Source: Anaerolineales bacterium (GTDB lineage Bacteria > Chloroflexota > Anaerolineae > Anaerolineales > UBA11858). Taken from it: a DNA stretch of 64,000 nt. Where the stretch lies: NCBI GenBank assembly GCA_016785015.1, contig JADHTJ010000004.1, forward strand, positions 16,142 to 80,141. The letters run 5' to 3'. This document shows positions 9,233 through 17,991 of this stretch, one piece after another. Position numbers and translations under genes: made by a program. The number at the start of each line of letters is the position of its first letter. Position 1 is the first letter of the stretch. The notes below the pieces were generated by a model. The model made no database searches. It was not told the origin of the DNA and saw nothing but the letters and a program-made list of their open reading frames with translations.

Positions 9233-10667
9233 ACTCACTCGAGAGGATTGAGGGTCTTGAAAAAATCTGCGCACTGGCCGTGACCAATCCAAACAGTACC
9301 CACATGTTGGGGACAGCAAAAGAATCGACAGAAAAAGCAACCCCCAAGAAAACCACCAAACTCAAAAGGCCGGCTTGACCCAGATAACGTGCTTCAGGAT
9401 GAGGCGTCATAAAGAGGTAAAGTGCACAACCCAAAACCCCGACCAAAAATGCCAAAAACGCTGCTGTGCCCAATAATCCTGTTTCGGCTAAGATGCGCAC
9501 AAACATATTTTTGGGCACAACCACTCTGTTGCGACCGTCTGCTGGAGTGAACTTGAGCAGCAACTCTGGCGTGGGAAACAAGGGACGATCTGATAGTTTC
9601 TCTTCAAAATAAAAAGTGTAGTTCCCCAAGCCGATTCCCATCCAAGGATATTCATCGTAGATGCGGTAGGCGGTTTCCCAGTAGGCAATGCGCTGACTGA
9701 CGGCAATATATTGAATATACGAGCCAGCCGCGTTCTCATCGCTCCAATAATTCCACAGGCGTGAAAAATATCGATTGCGTGAACCAGCGATGAACACAAT
9801 CACGCCGATGGCAACAACCAAAACACCAACTTGCAATACTCGTTTGGCAATCATCCCCCAAGGTTTCCCCTTGTCAGTAACTTTGCGGGGTCTGAACATG
9901 AATGCCAAAACTAACTGCACCACCCAGAGTACGTAGCCTGTGCGCGAATAGGTATAGATCAACACCACAGAAGCCCAAACCAGGAGCAGCATCTCGACGG
10001 TCAGCCAGCGAAGACGCCAGCGGAAAGCTGTGTAGTTGGACAAAACCGCGGCGAACAACCAGGGCATTAGCAAAAATGAGATTTGCTCCGCGAACCAATT
10101 TGGTTCGTAGGTCATCCCAGATATGCGTGTTTCAAATAAACCCCGCACAGAGATAAAGCCCTGTAGGTGTTCAATGAAATCAAAATATTCGGGTGAATAG
10201 AAAAGAATATAACTAATCTGGATCGACCCCCACAACAAAGCCATCACAAAACCACCATACAACCAACGTAGAGAAAAGCGCATCTCATCTTTCGAAGATG
10301 GTGTTACAGCCACGGTGATATAGAATGCAATCCCTATTGCTAAGGTGACCAACATACGGAAGGTCCGCGAAGACACTGTGATGCCAATATCAGGGTCGAT
10401 ACCTTGGGTAAATGCAATGGTGGTGCTGGCAATGGCCGCTAACCCAAAAGCACCCAAAGGGAATGCGGTTTTAGGGATTGGTTTGCTAAGTAAGCGTGGG
10501 ATCGTTACAAGTATGACAAGAATGACCAAAGGATAAAGTGAAAGCGGCCGAACTTCAGTGCGTCCTCCCACACCGCCTGGGAAAAAGGGAAAGCTGGTCA
10601 CTGGCAGTGAAATAAGGAATATGGCCCAAACAATTTTCTGGGCAATTGGAAACCAAGATAGACGCAC
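9216..10667 (-). CDS. O-antigen ligase / polymerase-like (Wzy_C-type) polytopic membrane protein
   Basis: Multi-TM protein with the Wzy_C-like block LLLVWASVVLIYTYSRTGYVLWVVQLVLAF and a large loop before the last TMs. I chose the start at GTG 10667 because GGAGAG lies 7 nt upstream and it overlaps the upstream TAG by 1 nt. The track's TTG at 10715 is the alternative. Confidence 0.6.
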   Translation of the reverse strand: MRLSWFPIAQKIVWAIFLISLPVTSFPFFPGGVGGRTEVRPLSLYPLVILVILVTIPRLLSKPIPKTAFPLGAFGLAAIASTTIAFTQGIDPDIGITVSSRTFRMLVTLAIGIAFYITVAVTPSSKDEMRFSLRWLYGGFVMALLWGSIQISYILFYSPEYFDFIEHLQGFISVRGLFETRISGMTYEPNWFAEQISFLLMPWLFAAVLSNYTAFRWRLRWLTVEMLLLVWASVVLIYTYSRTGYVLWVVQLVLAFMFRPRKVTDKGKPWGMIAKRVLQVGVLVVAIGVIVFIAGSRNRYFSRLWNYWSDENAAGSYIQYIAVSQRIAYWETAYRIYDEYPWMGIGLGNYTFYFEEKLSDRPLFPTPELLLKFTPADGRNRVVVPKNMFVRILAETGLLGTAAFLAFLVGVLGCALYLFMTPHPEARYLGQAGLLSLVVFLGVAFSVDSFAVPNMWVLFGLVTASAQIFSRPSILSSEYENTD

Positions 10668-11725
10668 TATGCTTCTCTCCGCTGGGATATTCGAACTAGA
10701 CCAATCAACAGCCAAGCAGCGACTGCCAAGATCCCGCCTACTAACATCAATGTTCCCGAAGGGCGTACATCTTCGACTTGAGCGGATACCTCTTTCGATT
10801 TTTCTAAATCCATAGCCGCAGATAGTCCTAAGCTTTTCTCCGCCGCTTCAGCGTATTGTGAAGATAACGTGTCGTGTTGCTCTTCTAGAAATTCAATTCT
10901 TTCGGGCAAGATCTCAAGGTCGCTCTCAACCATAACAGTGGCGCGCTCCACCCAGGCCAGGTATTCAGCAGGAGATTCATCGGGGATAGGATAATCTTCG
11001 AGAAGTTCAGACCAACCCAGGTTCCAGTCCGCGGCTTGTGTAGTTTGAGACAATAAACGCCAATGGTCATAGGATCCCATGGGATCATCCAACGATGCAT
11101 CTTCCAATTCTCGTTTGGCTTCTTCTAATTCTGCCTTTATCTGCATCAGAGTCTGATATCGCACTAACTGGTATGTTAATTCATCCGCCGTTGCCACCAA
11201 GGAAGCGTCTAAGGCAACCATCTCGCGGGCGCTATTGATGCCAATATTCATGCGCTCATCGATCACTTCTGCCCAGGTATCAACTGCCTGAATTGCCAGT
11301 TCAGGCTGCGCTGCATCGGCGGCTAGATGCCAGCGGCCAGCATTACGCCACGAACCACGCAACTGATAAAAAATATCTTCAACGGTGACATCATTCCAGC
11401 TTTTGTCTGTTGATTGCAAACGCGTTAATGTATCAGACAGGAATTCATCGGTTAGCGATAAGCCGTTGATCTGTTCCATCTGCCAATTTTTGTAGTCATC
11501 AAGTTTGCGCAATTCATCTTGAACAATCTGAACGATATAGCGATCGCGCGGGCCGCGATAGGCGTTGATACCGACATATAAATCTAATTCTGCCCGATAT
11601 AAGGGAGGCATCAATCTGGATACTCCCCACCCCAAAACAGCGCCTACTAAAAAGCAGAGTGCAATGATATACCAGCGGTGTGTTAATGTAAAAACTACGT
11701 CGCGTAAGTTCCAATCGTTGTTCAT
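10667..11725 (-). CDS. Wzz-like polysaccharide chain-length determinant (PCP) protein
   Basis: 352 aa with the classical PCP topology. An N-terminal TM (WYIIALCFLVGAVLGWGVS) is followed by PPLYRAELDLYV. A long helical/coiled middle (LMQIKAELEEAKRELED...) follows, then a C-terminal TM (LMLVGGILAVAAWLLIGLV). Confidence 0.7.
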   Translation of the reverse strand: MNNDWNLRDVVFTLTHRWYIIALCFLVGAVLGWGVSRLMPPLYRAELDLYVGINAYRGPRDRYIVQIVQDELRKLDDYKNWQMEQINGLSLTDEFLSDTLTRLQSTDKSWNDVTVEDIFYQLRGSWRNAGRWHLAADAAQPELAIQAVDTWAEVIDERMNIGINSAREMVALDASLVATADELTYQLVRYQTLMQIKAELEEAKRELEDASLDDPMGSYDHWRLLSQTTQAADWNLGWSELLEDYPIPDESPAEYLAWVERATVMVESDLEILPERIEFLEEQHDTLSSQYAEAAEKSLGLSAAMDLEKSKEVSAQVEDVRPSGTLMLVGGILAVAAWLLIGLVRISQRREA

Positions 11726-11767
11726 AAATGTAATTCTTTCAAAAGAGATTGGGAAGATTCTACTCGA

Positions 11768-12898
11768 TTATAAAGATTCAAGTAGAACCTGATAAAGCTG
11801 CATCGTGAGGCGGTTGATCTTATAATGGGTGAACTTTTCCAGGATAAGTTTGCGTCCTTCAACCCCCATCTTCATTCGTAACGCGGGATTCAAAGCGAGC
11901 CGTTCTAAAGCATCTGCAAGAGCGATAGGGTCGTTTGGCGGGATCAACAAACCATTCACCTCATGCTGAACGATAGAGCGGCAGCCGGGCATATCTGTGG
12001 AAACCACGGGTCGGCCGCAAGCAGCAGCTTCAATGAGCGTACGCGGAACCCCTTCTCCATACATGGTGGGCAGCGCAACGATATTACTTTGGGCATAAAC
12101 ATGTTCCATATCGTTTTTCCACCCCCACCATTCGATCACTCCCTGCCGGTGCCATTCGTTGAGCATTTCTACTTTCAAAGATGTCGGGTTTCCGGGGTCG
12201 GGCTCTCCTACCAGCACCATACGCAAATCTAAACGATCACCTAATATTCGTGCAGCTTCCACAAACACCCCAACACCTTTATCCCACAAAGTTCGTGCAG
12301 CCATCATGACGACAACGGAACTTTTGTTAGGTTCAAGGGTCGGTGAAAATCGCCCGGGGTCTGCACCCACACTTTCAATAAGCTGCTGCTTATCTTTCGA
12401 TACGAAACCTGCATCCAAGAAGAAATCGCTATCAGACTGATTTTCAAAGATTACCATCGAGGAAATATTCCGCAAGACAGAACGATAAAACGGCCAAAGC
12501 AGCCTTCGGATCACTCGGGCTTTTAATTCTCTCCCCAGGAAAACATATCCACGCCCGGATATGGAGTTGACCACCCCAGGGATACCGCTAAGAAAGGCAG
12601 CTACAGAACCATACAGAACCGCTTTGATAGTATGGTGGTGCACAATATCCGGGCGCTCTCGGCGGTAAATTTTCGTTATATGATAAAGTGAGATTATTTC
12701 ACGCCAAAGAGCAACACTTCTTCGTTGAAGTTTCCAGGGATACCAAATGAAACCATCATCCAAAAAATGTTGAATAAACTCTCCGGGTGGGGAAACCAAT
12801 CGAACATCGAATCCTTTTTCTCTGAGATCATGGATTAAGGCGTAACGGAAGTTATATAAGAACCAGTCGGTGTTGGCTGTGAGGATGATCTTTGGCAT
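11768..12898 (-). CDS. glycosyltransferase, GT-B fold (GT4-like)
   Basis: C-terminal Glycos_transf_1 signature EGVPRTLIEAAACGRPVVSTDMPGCRSIV...NGLLIPPND. I set the start at ATG 12898 (MPKIILTANTDW...), since the track start at 12994 would overlap the upstream gene. Confidence 0.8.
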   Translation of the reverse strand: MPKIILTANTDWFLYNFRYALIHDLREKGFDVRLVSPPGEFIQHFLDDGFIWYPWKLQRRSVALWREIISLYHITKIYRRERPDIVHHHTIKAVLYGSVAAFLSGIPGVVNSISGRGYVFLGRELKARVIRRLLWPFYRSVLRNISSMVIFENQSDSDFFLDAGFVSKDKQQLIESVGADPGRFSPTLEPNKSSVVVMMAARTLWDKGVGVFVEAARILGDRLDLRMVLVGEPDPGNPTSLKVEMLNEWHRQGVIEWWGWKNDMEHVYAQSNIVALPTMYGEGVPRTLIEAAACGRPVVSTDMPGCRSIVQHEVNGLLIPPNDPIALADALERLALNPALRMKMGVEGRKLILEKFTHYKINRLTMQLYQVLLESL

Positions 12899-12942
12899 GG
12901 GGTAGCGGTTAGATACGCCTTCGGTGGATTGGATATTAGATT

Positions 12943-14082
12943 TTATCCCATATGACCATACAGATCGAGCAGGCGTTTTTTCATCTCTACCCAACTATAT
13001 TTGGTTTCATAAGCCCTACGGCCATTGGCTCCTAATTTGCGTCGCAACATCAAATCAGCATCCAATCTTAGCAATGAATCTCTTAGTTCAGTAATTCCCC
13101 CATATTCAATAACAAGGCCACAATTTTCGTCTAAGACGATGCTATCAATGTTGGTTTTCGCGGCAACAACAATGGGCTTACCCAACATCATAGCCTCGAA
13201 TAGTTTGTTAGGGCTGGCATAACGATGATTTGGCAACGCCGGATCATAAAGCGCCAGGATTACATCGGCACCATGGGTTAACTCCAAAGCTCGCTGATAT
13301 GGGATGCGGCCGTGCCATTGGACATTTTCCATTTTGCCAGCTTTTTCCAGAATTAACTCTTCATCGCCGCCGAAACCCGCCAAATCCAAATGCCAGTTTG
13401 GGTTTTCATTTAATATGGACAATATATCAAGCAGACCCCGTTCTACCTGGAGCAAACCTACATAAACAAGTTGTAATCCCCGCGAGGGGGAAGGTTGATC
13501 CTGTTTCCCAAAGAGATCGCTAGTATCCTGGGGGGTGTTATAGATTACCGCGCTATTTTTAGGAGCTTCAATGCTTATTTGTTCCCAGCGTGCATCGTCG
13601 GTAACGATTAGGCCATCCACATGGTTAATCACCCATAAATCTACAGCCCTGATGATGTTCTTAGTCCAATTCGGAGTAGCCCTTAGGTGATCGGCATAAA
13701 AGTCAAAAATATCGTAAATAACTTTTTTCCCAAACAGGCGCTTTACAATCATCCCTGCCAACACGGTGTCAAAGTCACAGGCGTGGATGAGATCATAATC
13801 GTTCTTGTGAATTATCAGCCAGCGAAAAAGCATCCACTGCCAGCGAAAAAGCGGTAGAAAATTTTCCATCCCTGAGCCATACTGCGCCTTTATCGGCAAC
13901 CGGGTGCAGGGAACGCCGTTCACCACCTCGCCAACGGGCAATCGTCCCGTGCGATCCCAACACAAGATTGCCACATTGTAGCCAGCTTCAGCTAAACTCT
14001 TAACAGTTTTCTCAACCCGCGGGTCCGGCACGATCGGGTTTGATCGACAAATCAGAATGCGTTGTTTTTTAAAATTGATCAC
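12943..14082 (-). CDS. glycosyltransferase, GT-B fold (GT4-like)
   Basis: 379 aa. The N-domain reads ILICRSNPIVPDPRVEKTVKSLAEAGYNVAILCWDR and the C-domain reads NKLFEAMMLGKPIVVAAKTNIDSIV...CGLVIEYG. Confidence 0.75.
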   Translation of the reverse strand: MINFKKQRILICRSNPIVPDPRVEKTVKSLAEAGYNVAILCWDRTGRLPVGEVVNGVPCTRLPIKAQYGSGMENFLPLFRWQWMLFRWLIIHKNDYDLIHACDFDTVLAGMIVKRLFGKKVIYDIFDFYADHLRATPNWTKNIIRAVDLWVINHVDGLIVTDDARWEQISIEAPKNSAVIYNTPQDTSDLFGKQDQPSPSRGLQLVYVGLLQVERGLLDILSILNENPNWHLDLAGFGGDEELILEKAGKMENVQWHGRIPYQRALELTHGADVILALYDPALPNHRYASPNKLFEAMMLGKPIVVAAKTNIDSIVLDENCGLVIEYGGITELRDSLLRLDADLMLRRKLGANGRRAYETKYSWVEMKKRLLDLYGHMG

Positions 14083-14093
14083 GCGGTTGGTTC

Positions 14094-14855
14094 TTACAAG
14101 GCTTGAAGATATTGGCCTACAACTGCTGACACTTTCCCTTGTGCGGCTACCTTTCCATCCTCCAGCCAGATAGCTCGCTCACAAAGCGCTTTCACTCTTT
14201 CCATGCTGTGCGAAACCAACACAATGGTTGTACCTTGTTCTCGAAAAGCGTTCATACGAGCCAAACACTTCTCCTGAAATTGCGTATCTCCAACGGACAG
14301 AACCTCGTCCACCAGCATAATATCCGGTCGCACGCTCGTCGCCACGGCAAAACCCAGGCGAGCCACCATCCCAGTGGAATAGGTTCGCAAAGGCGCGTTG
14401 ATGAATTCACCGATCTCAGAAAAAGCAACGATCTCATCAAAACGATGACCAACAGTCTTTTGGGTCAATCCGAGCAATGCACCGTTCAGGAAGATATTTT
14501 CCCGACCCGATAATTCAGGATGGAAACCCGCCCCAAGATCGAGCAGGGGGGCCGTTCTCCCCAAAATGACGACTCTTCCTAATGTCGGTTTGATGACCCG
14601 CGCCATTGTCTTCAGCAGAGTGCTCTTCCCCGCGCCATTGCGTCCAACAATCCCGAAGAATTCACCTCGCTGAATATCAAGAAAGACATCTTTCAGTGCC
14701 CAAAATTTCTTGTATTGCAAGCGATTCTGGAGCCAACGGATAACATACTCCTTGATCCCCGAGAGTTGTTCATGGGGTACCCGATATTGGACTGAGACGC
14801 TATCGACAAGAATTACGGGCTTTTGTTCCTGAGTGATATTGATATTCGACATCAA
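14094..14855 (-). CDS. wzt: polysaccharide/teichoic-acid ABC exporter ATP-binding protein (Wzt/TagH-like), nucleotide-binding domain only
   Basis: 253 aa with Walker A GRNGAGKST, signature-like YSTGMVARL and Walker B IMLVDEVLSVGD. The N-terminal region (VQYRVPHEQLSGIKEY) is typical of Wzt/TagH. No C-terminal carbohydrate-binding extension. Confidence 0.85.
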   Translation of the reverse strand: MMSNINITQEQKPVILVDSVSVQYRVPHEQLSGIKEYVIRWLQNRLQYKKFWALKDVFLDIQRGEFFGIVGRNGAGKSTLLKTMARVIKPTLGRVVILGRTAPLLDLGAGFHPELSGRENIFLNGALLGLTQKTVGHRFDEIVAFSEIGEFINAPLRTYSTGMVARLGFAVATSVRPDIMLVDEVLSVGDTQFQEKCLARMNAFREQGTTIVLVSHSMERVKALCERAIWLEDGKVAAQGKVSAVVGQYLQAL

Positions 14856-14902
14856 GATACTATTTTAGAACGAAATCCACGAAGAACACTAAGATTATTT
14901 TT

Positions 14903-15012
14903 GGTTCTATGGGAATTGCCGTGAGAGACCTCGCATTTGGGGGTATGGGGCGTGCTCTGCACGCTCCCTACCCCCAAATGTGGCCCCTTACCACGGCGAT
15001 TTCTAGAGACCC
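14903..15012. repeat. palindromic intergenic repeat, family A copy 2 (inverted flanks relative to copy 1), between wzm and wzt
   Basis: ggttctatgggaattgccgtgagagacctcgcatttgggggtatggggcgtgctctgcacgctccctacccccaaatgtggccccttaccacggcgatttctagagaccc. ORF 14852..15061 is only its translation. Confidence 0.85.
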
Positions 15013-15044
15013 TTATTTTTGTGTTCCTTCGTGAACTTCGTGGT

Positions 15045-15872
15045 TTACAGACGATACGCATATTCGCTAGATTTTGACGTAAAAACTAAACCGCCGATTA
15101 AGAAAGTTCCTAAGGCAAACGCCGTGGCTGGAAGCCAGATATCCCATCCAGGGATAGATCCTGACAACAGGGGTTCCCGAAACGCTTCCACGAAGTAATA
15201 AATTGGATTGATCCGAAACAACCAATGCCATTGCTGGGGGACAATCTCTAAGGGGTAAATTATGGGCGTAGCATACAACCAGATGGTCAGGAGAACATTG
15301 TAAACAGGCAGCATGTCAGCAAAATAGACAGTTGCCGTTGAGAGAAGCAAACCCAAACCCAGTGAAAAAAATGACAGCAGAATTATCACCACAACCCAGG
15401 ATAATATTGCAAGTCTCAAAGGGTTCCCTAACACCAACGCGATCAATAACAACGGCAGCAATGAGAGGATGAAATTAACTAAACCTGTTCCGATTGCCGC
15501 CACGGCAAAGACTGATTTTGGCACATAGATGCGTTTGATCAATTCGCCACTCCAAAGCATCTCCCCCATCGCTCCGCTTGTCGTCGTTGAGAAAAAGATC
15601 CACACCAACTGGCCGCTGAGAACATAAATTGGAAAGTTTTCAATTTGAATGCGGAAGAGCTGCGAGAAAACCACTGTAAGCACAATCATGGTTAATAAGG
15701 GATTGAGCATCGTCCACATCACGCCAAGCATCGAACGTTTATAGCGCGTCTTGATCGCCCGGGCGACAAACTGTACCACCAAACCACGGTACGCTTTCAG
15801 CGCCTGGAATTCTTCCACAAAGGGATGACCAGCACTGGATGAGTCATAAAATGTCATTGAAAATTTCTTCAT
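15045..15872 (-). CDS. wzm: ABC-2 type polysaccharide exporter permease (Wzm/TagG-like)
   Basis: 275 aa with 6 TM segments. The N-terminal block ARAIKTRYKRSMLGVMWTMLNPLLTMIVLTVVFS is the ABC-2 membrane-domain signature. It lies adjacent to the Wzt-like ATPase. Confidence 0.85.
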   Translation of the reverse strand: MKKFSMTFYDSSSAGHPFVEEFQALKAYRGLVVQFVARAIKTRYKRSMLGVMWTMLNPLLTMIVLTVVFSQLFRIQIENFPIYVLSGQLVWIFFSTTTSGAMGEMLWSGELIKRIYVPKSVFAVAAIGTGLVNFILSLLPLLLIALVLGNPLRLAILSWVVVIILLSFFSLGLGLLLSTATVYFADMLPVYNVLLTIWLYATPIIYPLEIVPQQWHWLFRINPIYYFVEAFREPLLSGSIPGWDIWLPATAFALGTFLIGGLVFTSKSSEYAYRL

Positions 15873-15885
15873 CTGGAATATCTTC

Positions 15886-17991
15886 CTACGGGGCTACGCG
15901 ATAAAGCTCAACGCCTTTCTGGTTATATTCTAAACGAGTATATCGTTCAAAGAAATCTTGATTTAGAGCTTGAGTTTTATAGATTTCCGGTCGGTGTTCT
16001 TGCTCTGGGGGATACACCAAGATGTAATCATAGTCTCCATCAAAAAGGTTTTGTGCCAATTCATCAGAGGTTCCTGCACTGTGAAGGGTTTGATAAGCAT
16101 CCTTTGAAAAGAATATCCCATAAATCTCGGATTTGGTATACAAGCGGAGTTCATTTCCCACAGAAAGTACTTTGAAACTTCCCTGCTGATCCAGGTACTC
16201 AAATGCTCCATACACTGGCAAGATTCGATCTACGAACGCCTCTTGAGATTCTTCTCCACGCCAAATTTGAAATGGGTATCTTTCAGGGATCTCCCACCAA
16301 CGGACAGTGAAGGATAACCTGGTTGAGAAGACATACACCAACCCAAGGAAAATGAAACTGATACCTAAAATTCTCCGTTGGTCAAATAAAAAACTTCCCA
16401 AAGATTCTACATTCAATGCTGCCAAAATACTGAGCAAAGGGAAAAGCGGCATCATATAACGAGCATGGGCACCAAAGCCAAAGAGCATTGCCATTGCCAA
16501 TAATGATGCCACGAATATCAGCAAATATCGTAAGCGCTCTTTATGCCAGCCATAAAACCATGGCAAGCTGAGCAATGGCAGAGCGCCCAAAACACCCCCC
16601 GGAGATTCGTGATAGTAATTGTGAGAGTCTGCGATCCCCAGCCAGGGAAAATAGAGAAACCGCTGCAGGGTGTTCAGCGTGGGCTGGAATACAAAGAAGT
16701 TTCGATCAAACCACTCAGGGCTTTGGAAGAGGGAGTTCAAATTTGGGAATATGGGATTGCCAGTCCACAGCCAGTCACGAATCAACCAGGGAAGCCCTAA
16801 TAAAAGCGCTGGAAAGATGATAAGTAGAGTTGATTTTTCTACCCGCTTGTTTTCCCGATAAAACGTAACTAATATCAGCCCCCAAAAAGGAATTAGTATC
16901 AAGAGTGCATTCAGTTTCGTTCCCAGCGCCAGACCAGAGAATATACCAACCACCAAAAGCCAGCGATTGTCATCGCTTTCCTTCCACAGTAGAGCGACCT
17001 GGAACGCAGAGGTGACAAAAAGTGCCAGAAAAATATCGATATACGTTGTGGCTGATTCAATGCCAATAATAGGCAGTGAAAATAAGAGCACAGCCGCGAT
17101 CCAACCCACCAGCTTATTCCCAATTCGCACCCCAAGGTAATAGGTTTGAATTACGAGAAGAATGCCCGCTGTAAAATTGATCAATCCCGGTAACGGCTGA
17201 TCTCCTAAGGCAAAGGCGATCACATAGAGCATTTCTCCATAATGAGCGAAATAGGTTTGGAAAGACTCAGGGAGTTCGAGCATCCGCCCCGCTTCGAGAA
17301 ATTTCACGGGGACGGCCAGATGATAGCTCACAGAATCATAACGTACCGCGGGTGCTAAAGCCCAGAAGAAGCTTCCGATAGCGATGATTAGGATCAGGCT
17401 CAAACCCAGTGCACCAATCCACGAATTTGGCACAATTTTCGGGCGCCATTGGGTCCAGCGTGGCCAATATCTCCAGGCTCCCCACAGAGAGATGATCACA
17501 AAGATGCCATAAAAAATCCATTTCGGGTATAAGCCCACGACTCCCAAGGCGAAAGTCGCCACAACCAGCACACCCCAACCCAAAACAACGTTCAAAACCG
17601 CCCCCTCACCAGCAGGAATCGCATCGGGCTTAGATATCCACAGAGAAAGCGTTTCTCCAACACACCAACTAACCCACAGAATCCACAACAATAGCAGGAT
17701 GCTTAAGGCAAGATATTTTGTTGTGAGTGCTACGAGTATCACCACCCCTGCAATCATCCAAACCGAAATTCCCAACCAACGGTATCGCTGAAAAATCAAA
17801 AGTAGGCCGATAAAAACAAAAAGGAGCAAATAGCCCAAAGCAATCAGCGAATCGTTTGGATATGAGACGTAGGGGAAATCTGGGTCAATGAATGTTGAGA
17901 GTGAAAACCAGATGCTGGCGCTTAAACTAAAAACGACCCCTGCTCCGCTTATTACGTTCCAAATGATTTGTTTAGACCTCACCATGCTCAC
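15886..17991 (-). CDS. GT-C family glycosyltransferase candidate (ArnT/PMT_2-like), polytopic membrane protein with soluble C-terminal domain
   Basis: 701 aa with more than 12 TM segments. The loop RYDSVSYHLAVPVKFLEAGRM...YFAHYGEMLY and following helices resemble PMT_2/ArnT-type enzymes. A soluble ~140-aa C-terminus is present. Confidence 0.5.
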   Translation of the reverse strand: MSMVRSKQIIWNVISGAGVVFSLSASIWFSLSTFIDPDFPYVSYPNDSLIALGYLLLFVFIGLLLIFQRYRWLGISVWMIAGVVILVALTTKYLALSILLLLWILWVSWCVGETLSLWISKPDAIPAGEGAVLNVVLGWGVLVVATFALGVVGLYPKWIFYGIFVIISLWGAWRYWPRWTQWRPKIVPNSWIGALGLSLILIIAIGSFFWALAPAVRYDSVSYHLAVPVKFLEAGRMLELPESFQTYFAHYGEMLYVIAFALGDQPLPGLINFTAGILLVIQTYYLGVRIGNKLVGWIAAVLLFSLPIIGIESATTYIDIFLALFVTSAFQVALLWKESDDNRWLLVVGIFSGLALGTKLNALLILIPFWGLILVTFYRENKRVEKSTLLIIFPALLLGLPWLIRDWLWTGNPIFPNLNSLFQSPEWFDRNFFVFQPTLNTLQRFLYFPWLGIADSHNYYHESPGGVLGALPLLSLPWFYGWHKERLRYLLIFVASLLAMAMLFGFGAHARYMMPLFPLLSILAALNVESLGSFLFDQRRILGISFIFLGLVYVFSTRLSFTVRWWEIPERYPFQIWRGEESQEAFVDRILPVYGAFEYLDQQGSFKVLSVGNELRLYTKSEIYGIFFSKDAYQTLHSAGTSDELAQNLFDGDYDYILVYPPEQEHRPEIYKTQALNQDFFERYTRLEYNQKGVELYRVAP

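Noticed and set aside
9233-9340. Longer N-terminal extensions offered by the ORF track (9340, 12994, 41201, 45084, 47203, 58321, 61547)
   Set aside because: Each extension overlaps the preceding gene by 50-212 nt and encodes Cys/Arg/Ser-rich sequence. An internal ATG sits within a few nt of the upstream stop and begins with a plausible N-terminus (a signal peptide, Rossmann strand or zinc-ribbon). I chose the shorter starts.
14852-15061. Small ORFs spanning the intergenic palindromes (14852..15061, 27399..27590, 34331..34516, 37153..37362, 40090..40470, and the 5110 start of the ytxH-like ORF)
   Set aside because: Their sequences are just translated repeat elements. The same peptide, TP.TPKCEVSHGNS, appears from both family A copies in different contexts. 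I annotate them as repeats, not genes.
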